DNA of 64,000 nucleotides from Kudoa neothunni. Its lineage: Eukaryota > Animalia > Cnidaria. Below the pieces are notes generated by a model. The model was not told the DNA's origin and did not search any database. It was given only the letters and a program-made list of their open reading frames with translations. Of this stretch, positions 1 through 13,800 are shown piece after piece. The translations under genes and the position numbers were made by a program. The stretch covers positions 2,169,329-2,233,328 of the forward strand of contig OZ199838.1 of assembly GCA_964304625.1 (NCBI GenBank), read 5' to 3'. Each line of letters opens with the position of its first letter. Positions within the stretch are counted from its first letter, which is position 1.

Positions 1-18
1 ACACACTAATAGAAATGG

Positions 19-887
19 TTATTTAATTTGGCGTCTTCTTTGTTTGAAATAACGCCTCTTGAAGTAAATAAGAGGCCTCTCCTTCTCAGATCTTTGAATA
101 CACAACGGATTGGCGAATTTGAAACGTCGCCGAACTGCTTCTGGATGTCTTCTTATATCTCTGGGCAGGGGAACTCCTTCCGAAAGAAACAATATGTAAT
201 GTGACACTTTTTTACAAATGGGAGTTGTTCTGAGACGGGGTTGAAATTTAACACTTTTTATTGGTACCGACTTATTGGTCATACATCTCTCTGTTAGAGA
301 ATAGGAAATATAGAAAATTAACATGACATGCACATTCATCAAAATAGAATTACCAACATAGATCTCTTCTATAGGAATGCCACGTTCAAAAAAAGGTGTC
401 AGCGCTTCTTGAATACACTATCAATTAGTTTAAAAAATAGTCAGCCAAGGTTATAATTCACATTTCGAATAGTAAGCGCCGATAAAGTTGGAATTAGAGC
501 CAGCTGGTCCAAGCAAAATTTCACAGGTGCTTTAGATATCATGTGTGAGTGAAGATTCAATTTTTTCTCAGACACAAGCACATTTCTCTTAATATATTTA
601 TATGTCTAAATATAAATATACGAATTAGACAATTTTTATTAATCTAGAGAGCCAAAGTAAAATCACATACGAAAGGTTCAAATTTGAACGGTTGAAAAAT
701 TCGTTTAGACACTTCCTCAGTAGGTCCGTAAACATTTCTTGTCACCGAAAAAAACTTTTGATATTCTGGTAAATCGCAAGGTTTGTCTGTAACGGACAAA
801 CTACGCCTACCACAAAAATAACAAAATATATCGTCATTATTACACGCGAAATATATACGATTTAAACCCTGATAGAAAATCGTTCAT
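19..887 (-). CDS. MRPL22: Mitochondrial ribosomal protein L22 (uL22m)-like, 5 exons
   Basis: Manual splicing through GT-AG introns (e.g. 807-858) gives MNDFLSGFKSRSLSVTDK...RNVLVSEKKLNLHSHMISKAPVKFCLDQL...IEEIYVERCMTNKSVPIKSVKFQPRLRTTPICKKVSHYILFLSEGVP. By eye this aligns to the uL22 pattern (S.KK...I....V..A..QL; ...K..SH....L.E). The last exon is the 3' part of ORF 19..342. Confidence 0.75.
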
Positions 888-1573
888 ATTAGGTAACTTT
901 ACTAAATTTTAAATAATATCAATATAAAGAATTTCGATTTTATTAGGTATTAAGTACCATTCCTAACCAATTTAAACATTTTTATGCTTGCGCAGTGCTC
1001 ATCCACGTGAATATTCTGAGAGAAATACCTATAGTTGTGGTAACAAAAAACATTGGATATTGTAGAATTTTAGAATAAAGTGAATTATTCTATATTTTAA
1101 CACTTAGAGTTTAATGCTTTGACTATTTTAAAAATGATTTAAAATAAATGGGCTTCAAGGTGTTGAGTCGATTTTGAATGTAGTACTGTTGAATTATGTG
1201 CAAAATAAGTTTCTTCTCATTTTATATATTCAGCTGAGGAAATTTTTGGTTTCGCGAAAATGCGTTGGTTCAAAGATAAACATAAGGAGGTGAAAATATA
1301 TGGCGCATTCTTGTTGCATATGCGTGTGGTGTTAAAATTTTAACGTTCACTTAATGAGGAGGTCATTAATTTTGGTATCGGATTATTTTATAAACTTATT
1401 TAAAATAAAATCTAATTATGGACATATATACACACAATCGTTTCTAGATATTGCGCAATCAGTTAATATTAATACTTTATAAACGAATTTTAACTTTCAA
1501 ACCACAAAAATCGGAACAAATTACATTCATAATTCAATATAATACAGAAAAAATTTAATAATTTAATTTTATA

Positions 1574-3260
1574 AATTAAAACCGGGATATTGCAAAGTAT
1601 GACGTCCCCTCATTTAATGTTTACTCTGGGTGTTGCGCAATATTATAAAAAGTTACGTAAGTTCTATCAATCATTAAATAATTATTTTAAGATCTGTTAG
1701 ATAAATTATTAAATAGTCTTTATTTCATTCTAATTTCAATCGTTAAAACCTGAAGTTTTCATAAAAAAAGGAGAATTGCTATAAACATATAAACTCCAAT
1801 AATTTACTCATCAAATAGTTAGTTTTATATGATCGAAATATTATTTAGTTACATTACAATAAGTTAGTTATGTTCTTATTTGTTTTACTATCTTAAGCCC
1901 TCCATATTTTTGAGTCAAACGGTATCCGTGAGGTTTGTATTCTTAATTTTCTATATTTATCAAGTTAGATATGTATAATTTCGTTAAAAATGGCATTGTA
2001 AATATCCTTACTTTTGGTTTATTTTATAAATTTGTTATTCATTTCATGAAATTCAACGTTTATTTATCGAAAAAATTGACATAAACGAATATTATAATTC
2101 CAGAAAATCACTCAAAAGAGAAAAACGAATGACTTTTAAACTTCCTAAGCCATCTAATAAAATAAAATTATCTAATCCCAATATAATATATTTGCAAGGC
2201 ATTCCACTATCACTATCAATAGAATTTTAGCTTATAACAATGATATTATTAATTCTATTATTTCGGCTTAAAAAAAGAATAAAAGAAGACATGTACACGA
2301 AGTTTGTTAATTTATTTTAGATATGAATAACTAAAATTCGTAATGAAAAAAGGTTGTGCCTGATTACTTAATTGTTGAAAAGACAAAAAGTATCGCTAAA
2401 TTAACCGATATTGACGGTTGGTTCGTAGAATTTAAAAATAGATTTGGAATTAATTCTTAAAAAAAATTCATGATGAAACAAACAATGTGAATAATTAAAC
2501 TATGATGGTTTTTTTGTAAAATCACCAAAAATTTCACTACAATACGAAGGGTGCAATGTAATAAAAATGAATAATTCAAATTTAATTAAGTATATCATTT
2601 TGGTTTTATTATAACTTTAAATCATGCATGGGAAAACGTATCATCGACTATAATTCAAAACCGATTAAGAAAACCTAGACTTTTTGAACATTGAACATTG
2701 TACTTTGATACTAGAATATACCAAATTAACGATTAATCAATCGATAATGAAAACTTATCTCAAGATGTTTCTGAAAATAATATTGAAAATTTCGTCACAC
2801 TATTTAATTATTTATCAACTTTAATTTTTAGATAAAAATATGACGAAACCAATAATATTGAAGAAGAGGGAAAATATTTGAGGAATCAATAGCTTTACCT
2901 GAAGCGTATGCAGTTAATAGATTTCAAGAAAAGTTCGTTCCAACTTTTGTAAAAGATGAAGCGCGTGTGTCAACTGCGGAACTCAAACGATCAATTAATT
3001 TAATCAGAAGACTCTTATTAGAAAATTCAACAGCATTATTTTCAAAACACACAGTTGTGGAGTTCATATTTGGAATAATTCGATAATAGCGAAATCAAAT
3101 TGAAATTACCAGTTATTTTAAACCCCAATCAATTTTTGTTTTTTGTACCTAACGTGTTTGCGCTAATACACTGTATTCAATACACTGTATAGCGTAAAAT
3201 CTCCCTATTACGTAATTTTTCGGAAATAGGGAAAAATTACGCAATGTCCAGGATCGACTG
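1574..3260 (+). mobile_element. Decayed pogo/Tigger-like DNA transposon
   Basis: Frameshifted remnants of a CENP-B-type HTH (GW..F.NRFGI, ~2415-2455) and HAWENVSSTIIQN (~2623-2660). Right end reads ...caggatcgactg+TA; a degenerate matching left TIR lies near 1574. Confidence 0.55.
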
Positions 3261-4813
3261 TATTTGAATCAATACTATCGTTATGTTTAATATATATATA
3301 TATATTTTATAAACATTTGAAGCATTTAAAGTTTTAATTAAATAAATTCACAAAAACTGTGCAAAATCGATTACAGACTGTATTAAATACAGATAACAAA
3401 TTGGAGACGATTTCAATTGGAAACGCCCGGCATAACTACAAACACAGTAATAATGACCATATCAAGTGTGTTGAAAATACAGAAAACTTAAAAAGACCCT
3501 CTCACAAATACACAGGTCGTTTTAATTCTTAGATTATGAACGATTTCCACCCAGTTAATTTAATTATAGGATGGTTAAAATAATAAAAACTGGCAACAAA
3601 CTCATGTATATAACAGATTGTACAAGAAAATAATTGTAAATTATTCCAATGATAATACTTCACTTTTATTTGCGCGAGCACAAAATTTGTATTGCGTACG
3701 CTTTCGTCAATTCAGAAAAATGTGCGGTAATTAATGTTGACCGTATATGACCTCCAAAGTGACCATTTTTTATGGTAGATATACCAGATTTATAAAAAAT
3801 AAACCGGTACATATTTTTATGAGTATGAGTTGTTGGAATTAAAAAATATCCCCGCGCCTGCGCAAATGTAATATAGGATTAAAATTTGTAATGAAAGCAG
3901 TCTTTTATAGATAGTTGTTAGGATTAAACTAATGACTGCTCAGACGTACATTTCATTACGAGTTAAGATTTCATAAGAAGAGTCACCCCCTAAAATTCCT
4001 ATATGGACAAACATTCTGATATATAACATTGATCGATGGGATTAGAACCAATACTTAAAACAATTTAAATTAGATTTCCCTGTATTATTGATAAATATTG
4101 TTAGAAAAATTGAGACGTAATACTGCTAACTAAGAGCAAGAATTCGTGACAAATTATTATGGTCACGGGGGAAGTTCGTAATCCGAATTTCACAAATGAG
4201 AATTTAAATGAATGAAGTCTCAAAATTTACGAAATGTTCGTGAGATTTAATCTCAAACTAGTTTATTCACAACATAATTAAAAGCGAAAAATTTCAAACT
4301 TCCTCGATACCACTATAAAAAACGCGCGAACGTTACTTTACAAGAGTTTCAGTATAATAATATTTTATCCCAAATTTCATCCAATTAATTTAGAATTTTA
4401 TAAGATTTTGGAATAATATTAACTAGAAATATAATGAAAAGTTCGTGCAATAATAAGTAAAGGGCCAATTTTTAGTTTTTGTGTTTATTAGAGATGGGAC
4501 ATGATAGAAGTCTCTCTAGAAAGATGGGTTTGATCCCACAGAAAATCATCACCTTAACTTTTCTGATTGTTTCATATTAGCTTAAAATTAGTATTTTATG
4601 AAAAGTTAGTTTCTTAGCACAGAGTATCAAAAAGTTGAAGCTAAATTCAGTAATACTGAAAGTTAATTGTAACCAGACCATATAGCAGATAAATCCCCTT
4701 TCAAAAACTTTTATTATAACCTCAAGCGATAATAAATTAAACTAGTTTTAATATCTAGTCCAATTAAATAGAAACTGTAAATTGTAAAATAATATAGTTA
4801 GTTCACAAAATAA

Positions 4814-7800
4814 TCAGTGGAAGAAATCTTCATCCTCACTACCATTGCTATCGTTGCTGAGAAGACCGGAATTTTCGGCGCGATCGTAATATCTATTTGA
4901 TGTAGGAATGGGTTCGAAGGAGCGTTGTTTTTGGATCTTTTTGAGCATTTTACCACATAGGCTAAATTTGTAGAACATGAACCCGACAGCACCAACAATG
5001 AGTAAAATGAATATAATCGATAGTGCCAATTTTTTCCCCTTGTGCGAACCGTGAGCTTGAGAAAAGTATTATCCTAAAACGTAGAAAAATCAAATAAACC
5101 TACTTGTACCATCACAATATTTTTCATCGAAACCATCCTCGCATTCCCGAACTCCATTGCAAATGTCAGATTTTTGTAAGCAAAGATGCTGATCACAGTA
5201 AGCATGGCAAACGTGATTTTCACCTATATAAAAATATTTCGAAAAATGATACCAAAATCCATGAGAAGCTGAATGTGTGTGAAATAAGAAATTACATTTT
5301 TCTTCGTCGCTCATATCTAAGCAATCATTGTAACCATTACATCTCAAAAGTTTATTGATGCATTGTCCATCTCCACATCGGAATTGATCTGCAGTGCAGT
5401 TGTCTATAGAAAATTTCGCAATTAACCAAATCTAGGGCAGCCAATTGACGTGATAATATTACGTGGGCAGTTTTCTTCATCAACTCCATTGTCACAATCA
5501 TTGTTGCCATTACACTTCAACGACAAACTGATACATTTTCCATCTCCACAGTTGAATTCAGTCTTTTTATCACATCCAGAGTGCTCGGTACAGCTAACCT
5601 CGTCAGAACCATCCGAACAGTCTTTGATATCATCGCATACTTTGTTTTCAGGAATGCATTTGTGGTCTTTTTCACAGTGAAATTCAGTTGGCTTGCAATC
5701 TGCCCCATAAAAATTAAATTATAGAAAAAAATAACATAAGTGGGGGATTTTATCAAGTAAATACCGTAATCACAGTGTTGTTCATCCGAGTAATCACCAC
5801 AATCGTCCACATAATTGCACTTTTTGCTGAGAGGAATACACTTATCGACGGTTGCACATGAGAATTCATCTTTTTTGCAAACTTAAATTTTCAAACGTTA
5901 ATACCAACCAACAGTGATTACTAAAACAAAAAAAGAGAGTATTTACCACCGTAGTATTTGACACATTTGTTGTAGTTGACTTCGGTTTTGTTTGTTTGAA
6001 AGTGATAACCATCCTTGCAACCGCAAGATCCTTCTTTTTCGTGGTTGAAACAAATTTGTTCACAGTGGGCAAACTGGCAATGTTGATGGTAAGAAATCTC
6101 ATTTGGATGATAGCTCAATTCGAAATCTCCTTCAGTCTTAAACGGGATTTTTGTTTCTTTCTTATTTCTGTCAGAAATAAGAAGGTGTTTTTCGGTTGTG
6201 TAGAAAATGAAGCCATCTCCAATAGCGGCACTAACGATATCGTCTGGTATTTTCCAATCAGCGGGGCTCTATTGAATTAGAAAAATCGATTAACATAAAT
6301 CCCCATATAAATAAGTTTATCAATGAGCTTGCCTTGACAGGTTTTCCAGTCATATCGTAAAACTTGGGACCAGTATCTTTCACAGAAATGGTCATGATAA
6401 AGTGATTCAGCAGATCCACATCATATATATCAACAGGGCCGATGATAGTTTTGAAACTGCTGCTATCGGAGCCGTTGCTATTCATAGCGTATATGTTGGT
6501 TTGGTTTTTTACTCGATAAAATATTAGGCTAAATAATCCACCATATAATTAAAACAAATGATTTTACATTCAATTTTTAAAATAAATTAAACTTTCTAAA
6601 TGTAAAAAATATGTCGAATTTAAGATTGAGCTGTTTCACTCAATGTGAAATGGGATTTAAGTAAGTGATATTAACAAATGAACTGTTTGTGAGCGAACAG
6701 CCCCAGTAAAATATAATTAATGATATACCCAGTAATTGGATACAACTTAAAGTCTTTAATTTGTTTATCCATCGATGATATTGTTTTATGAATTGATTTA
6801 TCAACTTGGTACAATTTGAGCTCGTGATCTTTGTTTAAAGCGTAAAGATTTCTGGTGGCAAAATCAAATTGTATGGATACGATTCCAACCAATACAGAAG
6901 AAACTTCAACAAACTTGGCAGTCTCAAATTTCTCTAATTAAATTTAGATTTTCAGTTTTGTCAGTGATACGTAAAATATGAATTTACGATCATAAGACCA
7001 ACAATATTTCACCACCTTGAAGTTAGATAAGCCGTACAAACATCGGGCTTGAAAATCGTATTGTAGTTGAGAGACTTTTTTATTAAATTTCAATGTGAGA
7101 TGTTTCGAAGGATCGAAACCAGTTTTTGGAAGCTCAAGATAGATGGTCATTGAAGTGTTTCCGGATAAAGCAAGAAATCGAGTGTCACCTATAAATGTAT
7201 GTGATAAGTGTAAAAAGAAGTGAGACAATATTTTAAATCCTCATCATATCTAGATCCTTATTGCGAATGACCCAATTAAAGCATATAACCAAAAACTTTT
7301 ATTGTTCATTTTCATTTAATATTACAAATAAGAACAGGTTATAGTCTAGGTAGTGACGTATAGCATGAATGTGGTATCAAAACAATACACATATATTATT
7401 GCTCCCATAAACAAAGGAGAAATAAAAGCTTTAAATTTCGTATTAAAAGGCACCTTAAATTATTGTCATAAAAAATAGTATAAAAATTAAGTTATGCCTC
7501 TTTGTATAATAAGTCAATAATTAATTTATCGGACAGAAATTAGAGTGTTATCAGAGCAATATATTTACCCTTAAGCGTTTCTGTGGGGCCACGAAGAATC
7601 AGTTTGATTATTTTGCTTCCAAACAGAAAAAATTAATGTTTGTAATAAAAATCGATGAAAATTCGAACATTAAATGTCAAAAATTTGATCCATTAAAAAT
7701 GAAAAGCACTGAAAATATAAATATGGAACAAAGTTTATATATTTATTCGAATGTATTAAAGTGTGATAGGAGGAAATAAAAATTGATAATTTTAAAATAA

Positions 7801-10800
7801 GATTCAAAAAAATTGAATAAATAATTTTACTTTAGTTATAATAAAAGCTATTAAAGAATTGATATATTTTGAATTTTTCAAAATTATACGGGATCATAAA
7901 TATTAAATTTTTATTAGAAAATTAAATCATCATTTTAAAACATTCTTGGAATTAAAAGAAGTGTCTATTCGTTCATAAAACCTGTATCCTTTATGATCAC
8001 CATTTTGGTAATCATTATAATTTATTAGTTCTGATCACTGAGAGTAAAGCGATCTAACTATAAAATAAACTATCGATAACTCTAAAAAATATAATTTAAA
8101 TGTAGATTCTATAAAACTAAGAAACAGAGACTTAAAAATAACTTAAAGCTCGCTCATATGTTAGTTATGATTAAAGTTATGGGATAATCACTATAGTTCA
8201 TACTGAACCTAGGGAACAATATTCTCGGGAATGAATTTAATCTTAACATCAACACTTATTGTCATGTTGATCCAATGTTCCGCCTTAAAATAACTTTGCT
8301 TAAACCCATTATTGATTACATAAATGTTGCAATTTTTTAATATGTCAATAACAGTCACTTACATCATTTTTTAAATATGTCCCCCCCGAATGTCTAAGAA
8401 ATAATATAATTATAAAATAGGTGTGCTTAATAATACCATATTAAATTAAAATTAAATTAATTAAAGATGAAAAAATGCAAATAAGTGGCGTCATTAATTA
8501 TTCAATTGAGTAGAATACGATGCGCACATGCTGAACATAAATAAAACTAATATTTTATTATTCGAGAAGTATTTTTTCTGGTTTATCTGAACGATATTTT
8601 TACAATATCACACGTCAATATACCCTATTTTTATTTAAAAGTTGATAATATTCAAATCAATTGAAAGATTAAAATGAGGTAGTTAACAAAATTTGAGTGA
8701 AAATTCGAATGTTAGATAAGGTTTTCGATCAGAAAACATGACAGTTAAACGAAAAATTTAGTTATATTACCAGTGAAATAGCAAACATCAGCATGTATAG
8801 TCTCATCTGACGTGCCACCATAATCATGTTTACATTGATCAGAATCCAAAATTTTGTACCTATATATGAAGAGTTCACAATCAAAAGTTCATAAAAATAG
8901 TTATGCAAACCCCGAAGGGATGATTTTTCCAGCATTTTCCAAATTGCATTCTAGTTTTTTGTAATCATCATCGGGGTCCGGAACGCATTGGCCATCTTCA
9001 AGCTTCATGTGTCCAAAGTCGCTACAAAAAAAAATATGGGAATAAATAAAAAATCAGATTTGAAATAGATTAATGAATATCAATAATCAATAAAAATGTA
9101 GTTTAATATTAAATTCTATCAGAGGTTTGTTTTTGGTTGTCAAGAAAAATAATACAACAAGCATCTAGCTTAAATAATTAAAAATTATTTTATTATCCAT
9201 TTTATATTAATTAATAATAAAATTATTTTTTCTGCTATATTATTTCAAATAAATAAAATTAGGATGGAATGTTTCGGGGGAAGTTTCGGAAAAAATTGCG
9301 GTCACGTGGTAATATTAAAAAATTCTGGAGTTATTTTTATCTTAATAAAGACCTCAAAAGGTAGAACAATGCCAGATTATAAAAAATAAATAAAATTTAA
9401 TTAATAATATACAAAATGGTAACTTACAGGCGAAAAAATTATCAAACGAAACATTACATAACATCATTCATTTTAATTATGATTTAAATTATAAAAATAC
9501 GGTAATTAGTTTAAAAAATTATTATTACGTAATATATATGAATTATATAAAGAATATTTTTAATAAAACTACCGAGCAATCTAATTGCGATAAAAGTAAA
9601 CTATATCTTATACGCATGTGTATACCCTTAATAACACTTCCTAATAAAATGAAGAATCTTTTATTGAGAACATTGAGCTTTTTGATTCAATCAAAATATT
9701 ATAACCATCTGTATAATTTTAAACAAAAATCATACATGGCACATGAAATTCGATTAAAAATAAAACGAAAAATTATTTAAATCTATTCTTTATTATTTGG
9801 TTTATAGTCGTATCGAAAAAAGTGACAAATTTGATAAAAAAATTGGGAAACTAAAAAAAACCTATTTACAGCGCATATAGAGCCAAGGAGGGTAAATTTA
9901 AAAAAATGACATGGTCGAATTCATGCAATTTATTCTCCACAATGAAAAAATCTAGTAAAACCATTCACATTTTTAGATAATTTTAAGGAAATAAGTGATC
10001 ATAATAACAATAATGATGAGCCTAGAATTGTTAATATACATTTATCTTCGCCTCCATGACTGCAAGAATAAATTACGAAATGATCGAATATTATATTTTA
10101 TAGAAAGGAGATCTAATGTTGTATATAATTGGGAAGTGGTTAAGGATACATACTGACATAAGCCAATATAACTTAAATAAATAGTACGTACACTAGCGTA
10201 ATTTCTGATCGCAGCAACACTGCCTATTAAATATGATCATTGTTTATTTTTATAATTGAGAAATTAATTCATTGATATCGAAAAATGTCTCAATAATAAT
10301 CCGTGTTATAAGAACCACAATATCCAAGTTATTGAATGTTGACGCAACCAAAATGACTTTAAACTAGAATTTTAGGATTTTAAATGATGTCTTGTTTTTG
10401 CGCGGGAATTTAGGATCAAAATTAAAGAGGTTACAACCTCAGATGTTTCCTTGAGCATCCGAAAATTTGTATATGAAAATGCTTACCACATATAGTCATC
10501 AACCGAGCAGGCACACTTTTGCTCGCTGACCTTGAAGAGTTCTGTTGAATCGATTAGACATTTTGAGGTTAGCTTTTTTCGTTTGAACACTCTAACTTTC
10601 CCACGATAACAAGCTGCCTCAGACATTACATGGTAAACAAAATCTTCAAAGTCCTCTTCCGTACAAGTTGTTTCTACAATTAACAAGTTTAATTTAACCA
10701 GCATACATTTATTGATTACTTAAAAGATCGATAAAATAAAATATTGACATAATGAAAGTAGGTTTTTTATCCACTTTGGACAACGAAATCAATTTGATTT

Positions 10801-13800
10801 CATCGTCGTTTTCCAACACAAACAAATCGCTGACGTGATGTTCTACCTGGGAGAATGGAACCGATTTCCATGATAAACCTTCATCCAAACTTATGCTAAA
10901 TGCAGTAATCATTTGCTTCTTTTGATAATAAATAAAAATTACCTTATTTCTTTAGTTTTGTGGGTGATAGCAACCAACAAAGAGCCGTGATTCAGAACAG
11001 AAATATGTGCTTTAGTTTTAAAATACTATATTTGTAATGAAATTAATAATGCGCTAATCACGTAACATAAAATACGGTCTTCCAAGTGTGTCCTCCGTTG
11101 TGAGAAAAAAAGGTACCTTCGTATTGTACCAAGCCAGTCTCATCCATCACTACGTCTCCTTTTTCATCGACAATTGTTCCTATGGAAATGTAGGTTAGTA
11201 TTCATGTAGAGTGATACATTAAGGTCAAATATTGAGATCTTGATTTAATCTATACATAACCAATTTTGTCTGAATTTATACAGTAAGATAAATAAGCGCA
11301 TATTAATGAAAGTTATTAGGTCATTCTAATATTTTGTTTAGTTTAATAATCTAACTGAATTATTATAAAAGTAGTAAACAAGTATTGTGTCATAAGATGA
11401 TAAAGTTAAATCCCTTTTCACATACAATTGAGTTTTATTTAGAGTTACGTATATAACATGTGTGTATATGTTAAGAAATTAATAAATCAATTAATCTTCA
11501 CGGATTACGTTAGCATACAAATTTTCAGTAAATTCGACCGGTTAGTTTTTGAGATATTAATTTCCTGTGAAATAGCCATAGTCTATAAATTTTTTTTCGC
11601 AATATCTATTGGTCCGGCAGATAAGTTTAATGATCGTTTTGTCTTTTTTCACTATGAAAGGTACAATAAAATTGGTAATTTAATGATTGTTATATGACAA
11701 AGTTTAAAACCGTACATTCAATATGTTAGTCGTTCTAATTGGGAAGTATTACCGATGTAGCTTGAGTACGGTGTTGAGATTTTATTATTTTACTAGCGGG
11801 GACGGACTGCCTAGCGTTGCTTTTGGAAGATTTCACATAGACACGTTCCTTAATAATATTCAAAAAAATATATTAAGTTTGAAATTAACTCATAGATGCA
11901 AAATAACTCAAAATTTTTAAGTGATATACTTTCAACGATTTGGATTAGTGAAATTTAAATTGTGATCATTTCAGTGAAGGAAAGTATCAATCCCGGCGTT
12001 CATTTGAAAATTTCACGGCCCGGCACCAACGCCAAATAATTTATTGTCAGTGTCGTATTTTTCTGCGTTCTCGAATTATTTAAATCCTGTTAAAATGTTA
12101 CCCTAAACGTTATTTTTGGTTCGACTCAGATAGTTTGTGCACCACTATTTAGGGGAGACAAATTAATAGAAAAAGATATAGATAGACGAAAATTAATTCT
12201 TATCGCTCAAATTAGTATGCCTTGACTCGGAAAGAGTTTAACGCGCTTTTTCCCATAAATAATTTAAATAATTGGGCGAAATAAAAATACAACTACCCAC
12301 ATTGAACTTAATCATAGGAAGTTAAACTTAGCGGACGATTTCAATGGAATCTACGGACGCAGAATTTCCATTATAACGCTTCAATTAATGTAATTTTAAC
12401 ATTATCCACAAATTTGTTATTAATGAAACATATATAGATTTTTTACTATATCTAAAACCATTAATAGAACCTTCAAAATGTGTTTATCAAGTCAAATACG
12501 TTAAAACTCCACAAATAAGGAGTGTATCCGCACGAACATCTAAATTTACACACTACACGTATATACAAAGTCAGATGTTATCGTTTAATTTAAATTTTAT
12601 AAAGCATATAAGGAGGGAAGTTAACTTCAACCGACCTTCACCATGACATACATAAGCAGGTGTTAATCCTATTGTGAATTCAAATAATCTGATAAACAAA
12701 CCTTGAATCGACAAAATCACTATTTTCTAAACACTTTTAAGAACATTTGGTAGTCTCGAAATGATTTAAAGATTTTTCGTACCATTGTAATTTTTAAAAA
12801 ATGTCATAAATGTCTCTCTATAGGGAAAAAATTTTGACTCACATGCGTACTTGCTGATACACACGCGGACACTTCTGCTTTATATATGTAGTAGATTTTA
12901 CGTTGTATTGTTATATTTTTGGTGGAAATTTAAGAAAAAAATTATTAATTAGTCAACATCTAAATAAAACTGTAAATTGTATTTTGTGAAAATTGTACCC
13001 AGGGTAGCGTAGTTATACGTACGTAATGTACGTATAACTACGAACGTAATGTAGAAGATAGTGATGTTAACATTAAAGAAAATAGTTTTTTTTACGTAGT
13101 TACTACGTTTGTCGCTTTTTAAGAGTTGAAGTGGAGAATCTAACGGTTTGAATTTCAGAACAAAAATGAGTTCCACACACTGAATTGCAAAGTCGTTGAG
13201 GGTGCACAAAAACGATGTGAGCAAGTATTATAATGTCACATGGAATTATATCTGTAATATTATTCAATGATTTAAATAGTAAAATAAATACTCTTCTTAT
13301 TCGTAAACAGAACCAATTATATTGGACGTATTTGTTCAGAAGTATAATTTATAAAATAAATTCCAAAATCTTACGAAGTTGCTATAATTATGTCTCACAC
13401 ATAGAAACTTGTGTACGATAATTTGATATCTTACATGTAACCGACATATAGGCTTAGCGTTTAAGAAGATTCTACCATAATTAATATAGTTTCTTTGAAA
13501 ATTAGATTAATCTGTATATTTATTCTATTCAGATAATAACAAATGTTTATTCTATTTAAATAGTTAATATTAATAATTTTTTGGATATACATGTGTTAGA
13601 CTATTCGTATGTCAAGCATCGTGCAAACTAGCTCATTAATCCTTAACCCTCCAAGGATAACCTTGGGCTCCACGCGGTCACCTTTATATTATTTTGTTGT
13701 AAAACATGGCATACTTTCTGTAATTTCGCCAGAATTTCATCTACATTCAAAAAGCATTATCTACCGACTGACATAATAAAATTAGTTAAAAGTATGGCGA

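Noticed and set aside
5069-5074. In-frame TAA after the first AG acceptor, suggesting stop readthrough or a variant genetic code
   Set aside because: A downstream AAG acceptor (5056) gives a normal 54-nt intron and an open frame. The intact genes end at standard TAA/TGA.
7250-7315. ATG with a signal-peptide-like start ([15 protein letters not shown]) suggesting a separate LRP-like gene
   Set aside because: It has no in-phase donor to the acceptor at 7189, whereas the upstream 10CC exon (donor 8770) joins in phase, so one VPS10-LDLa gene is more parsimonious.
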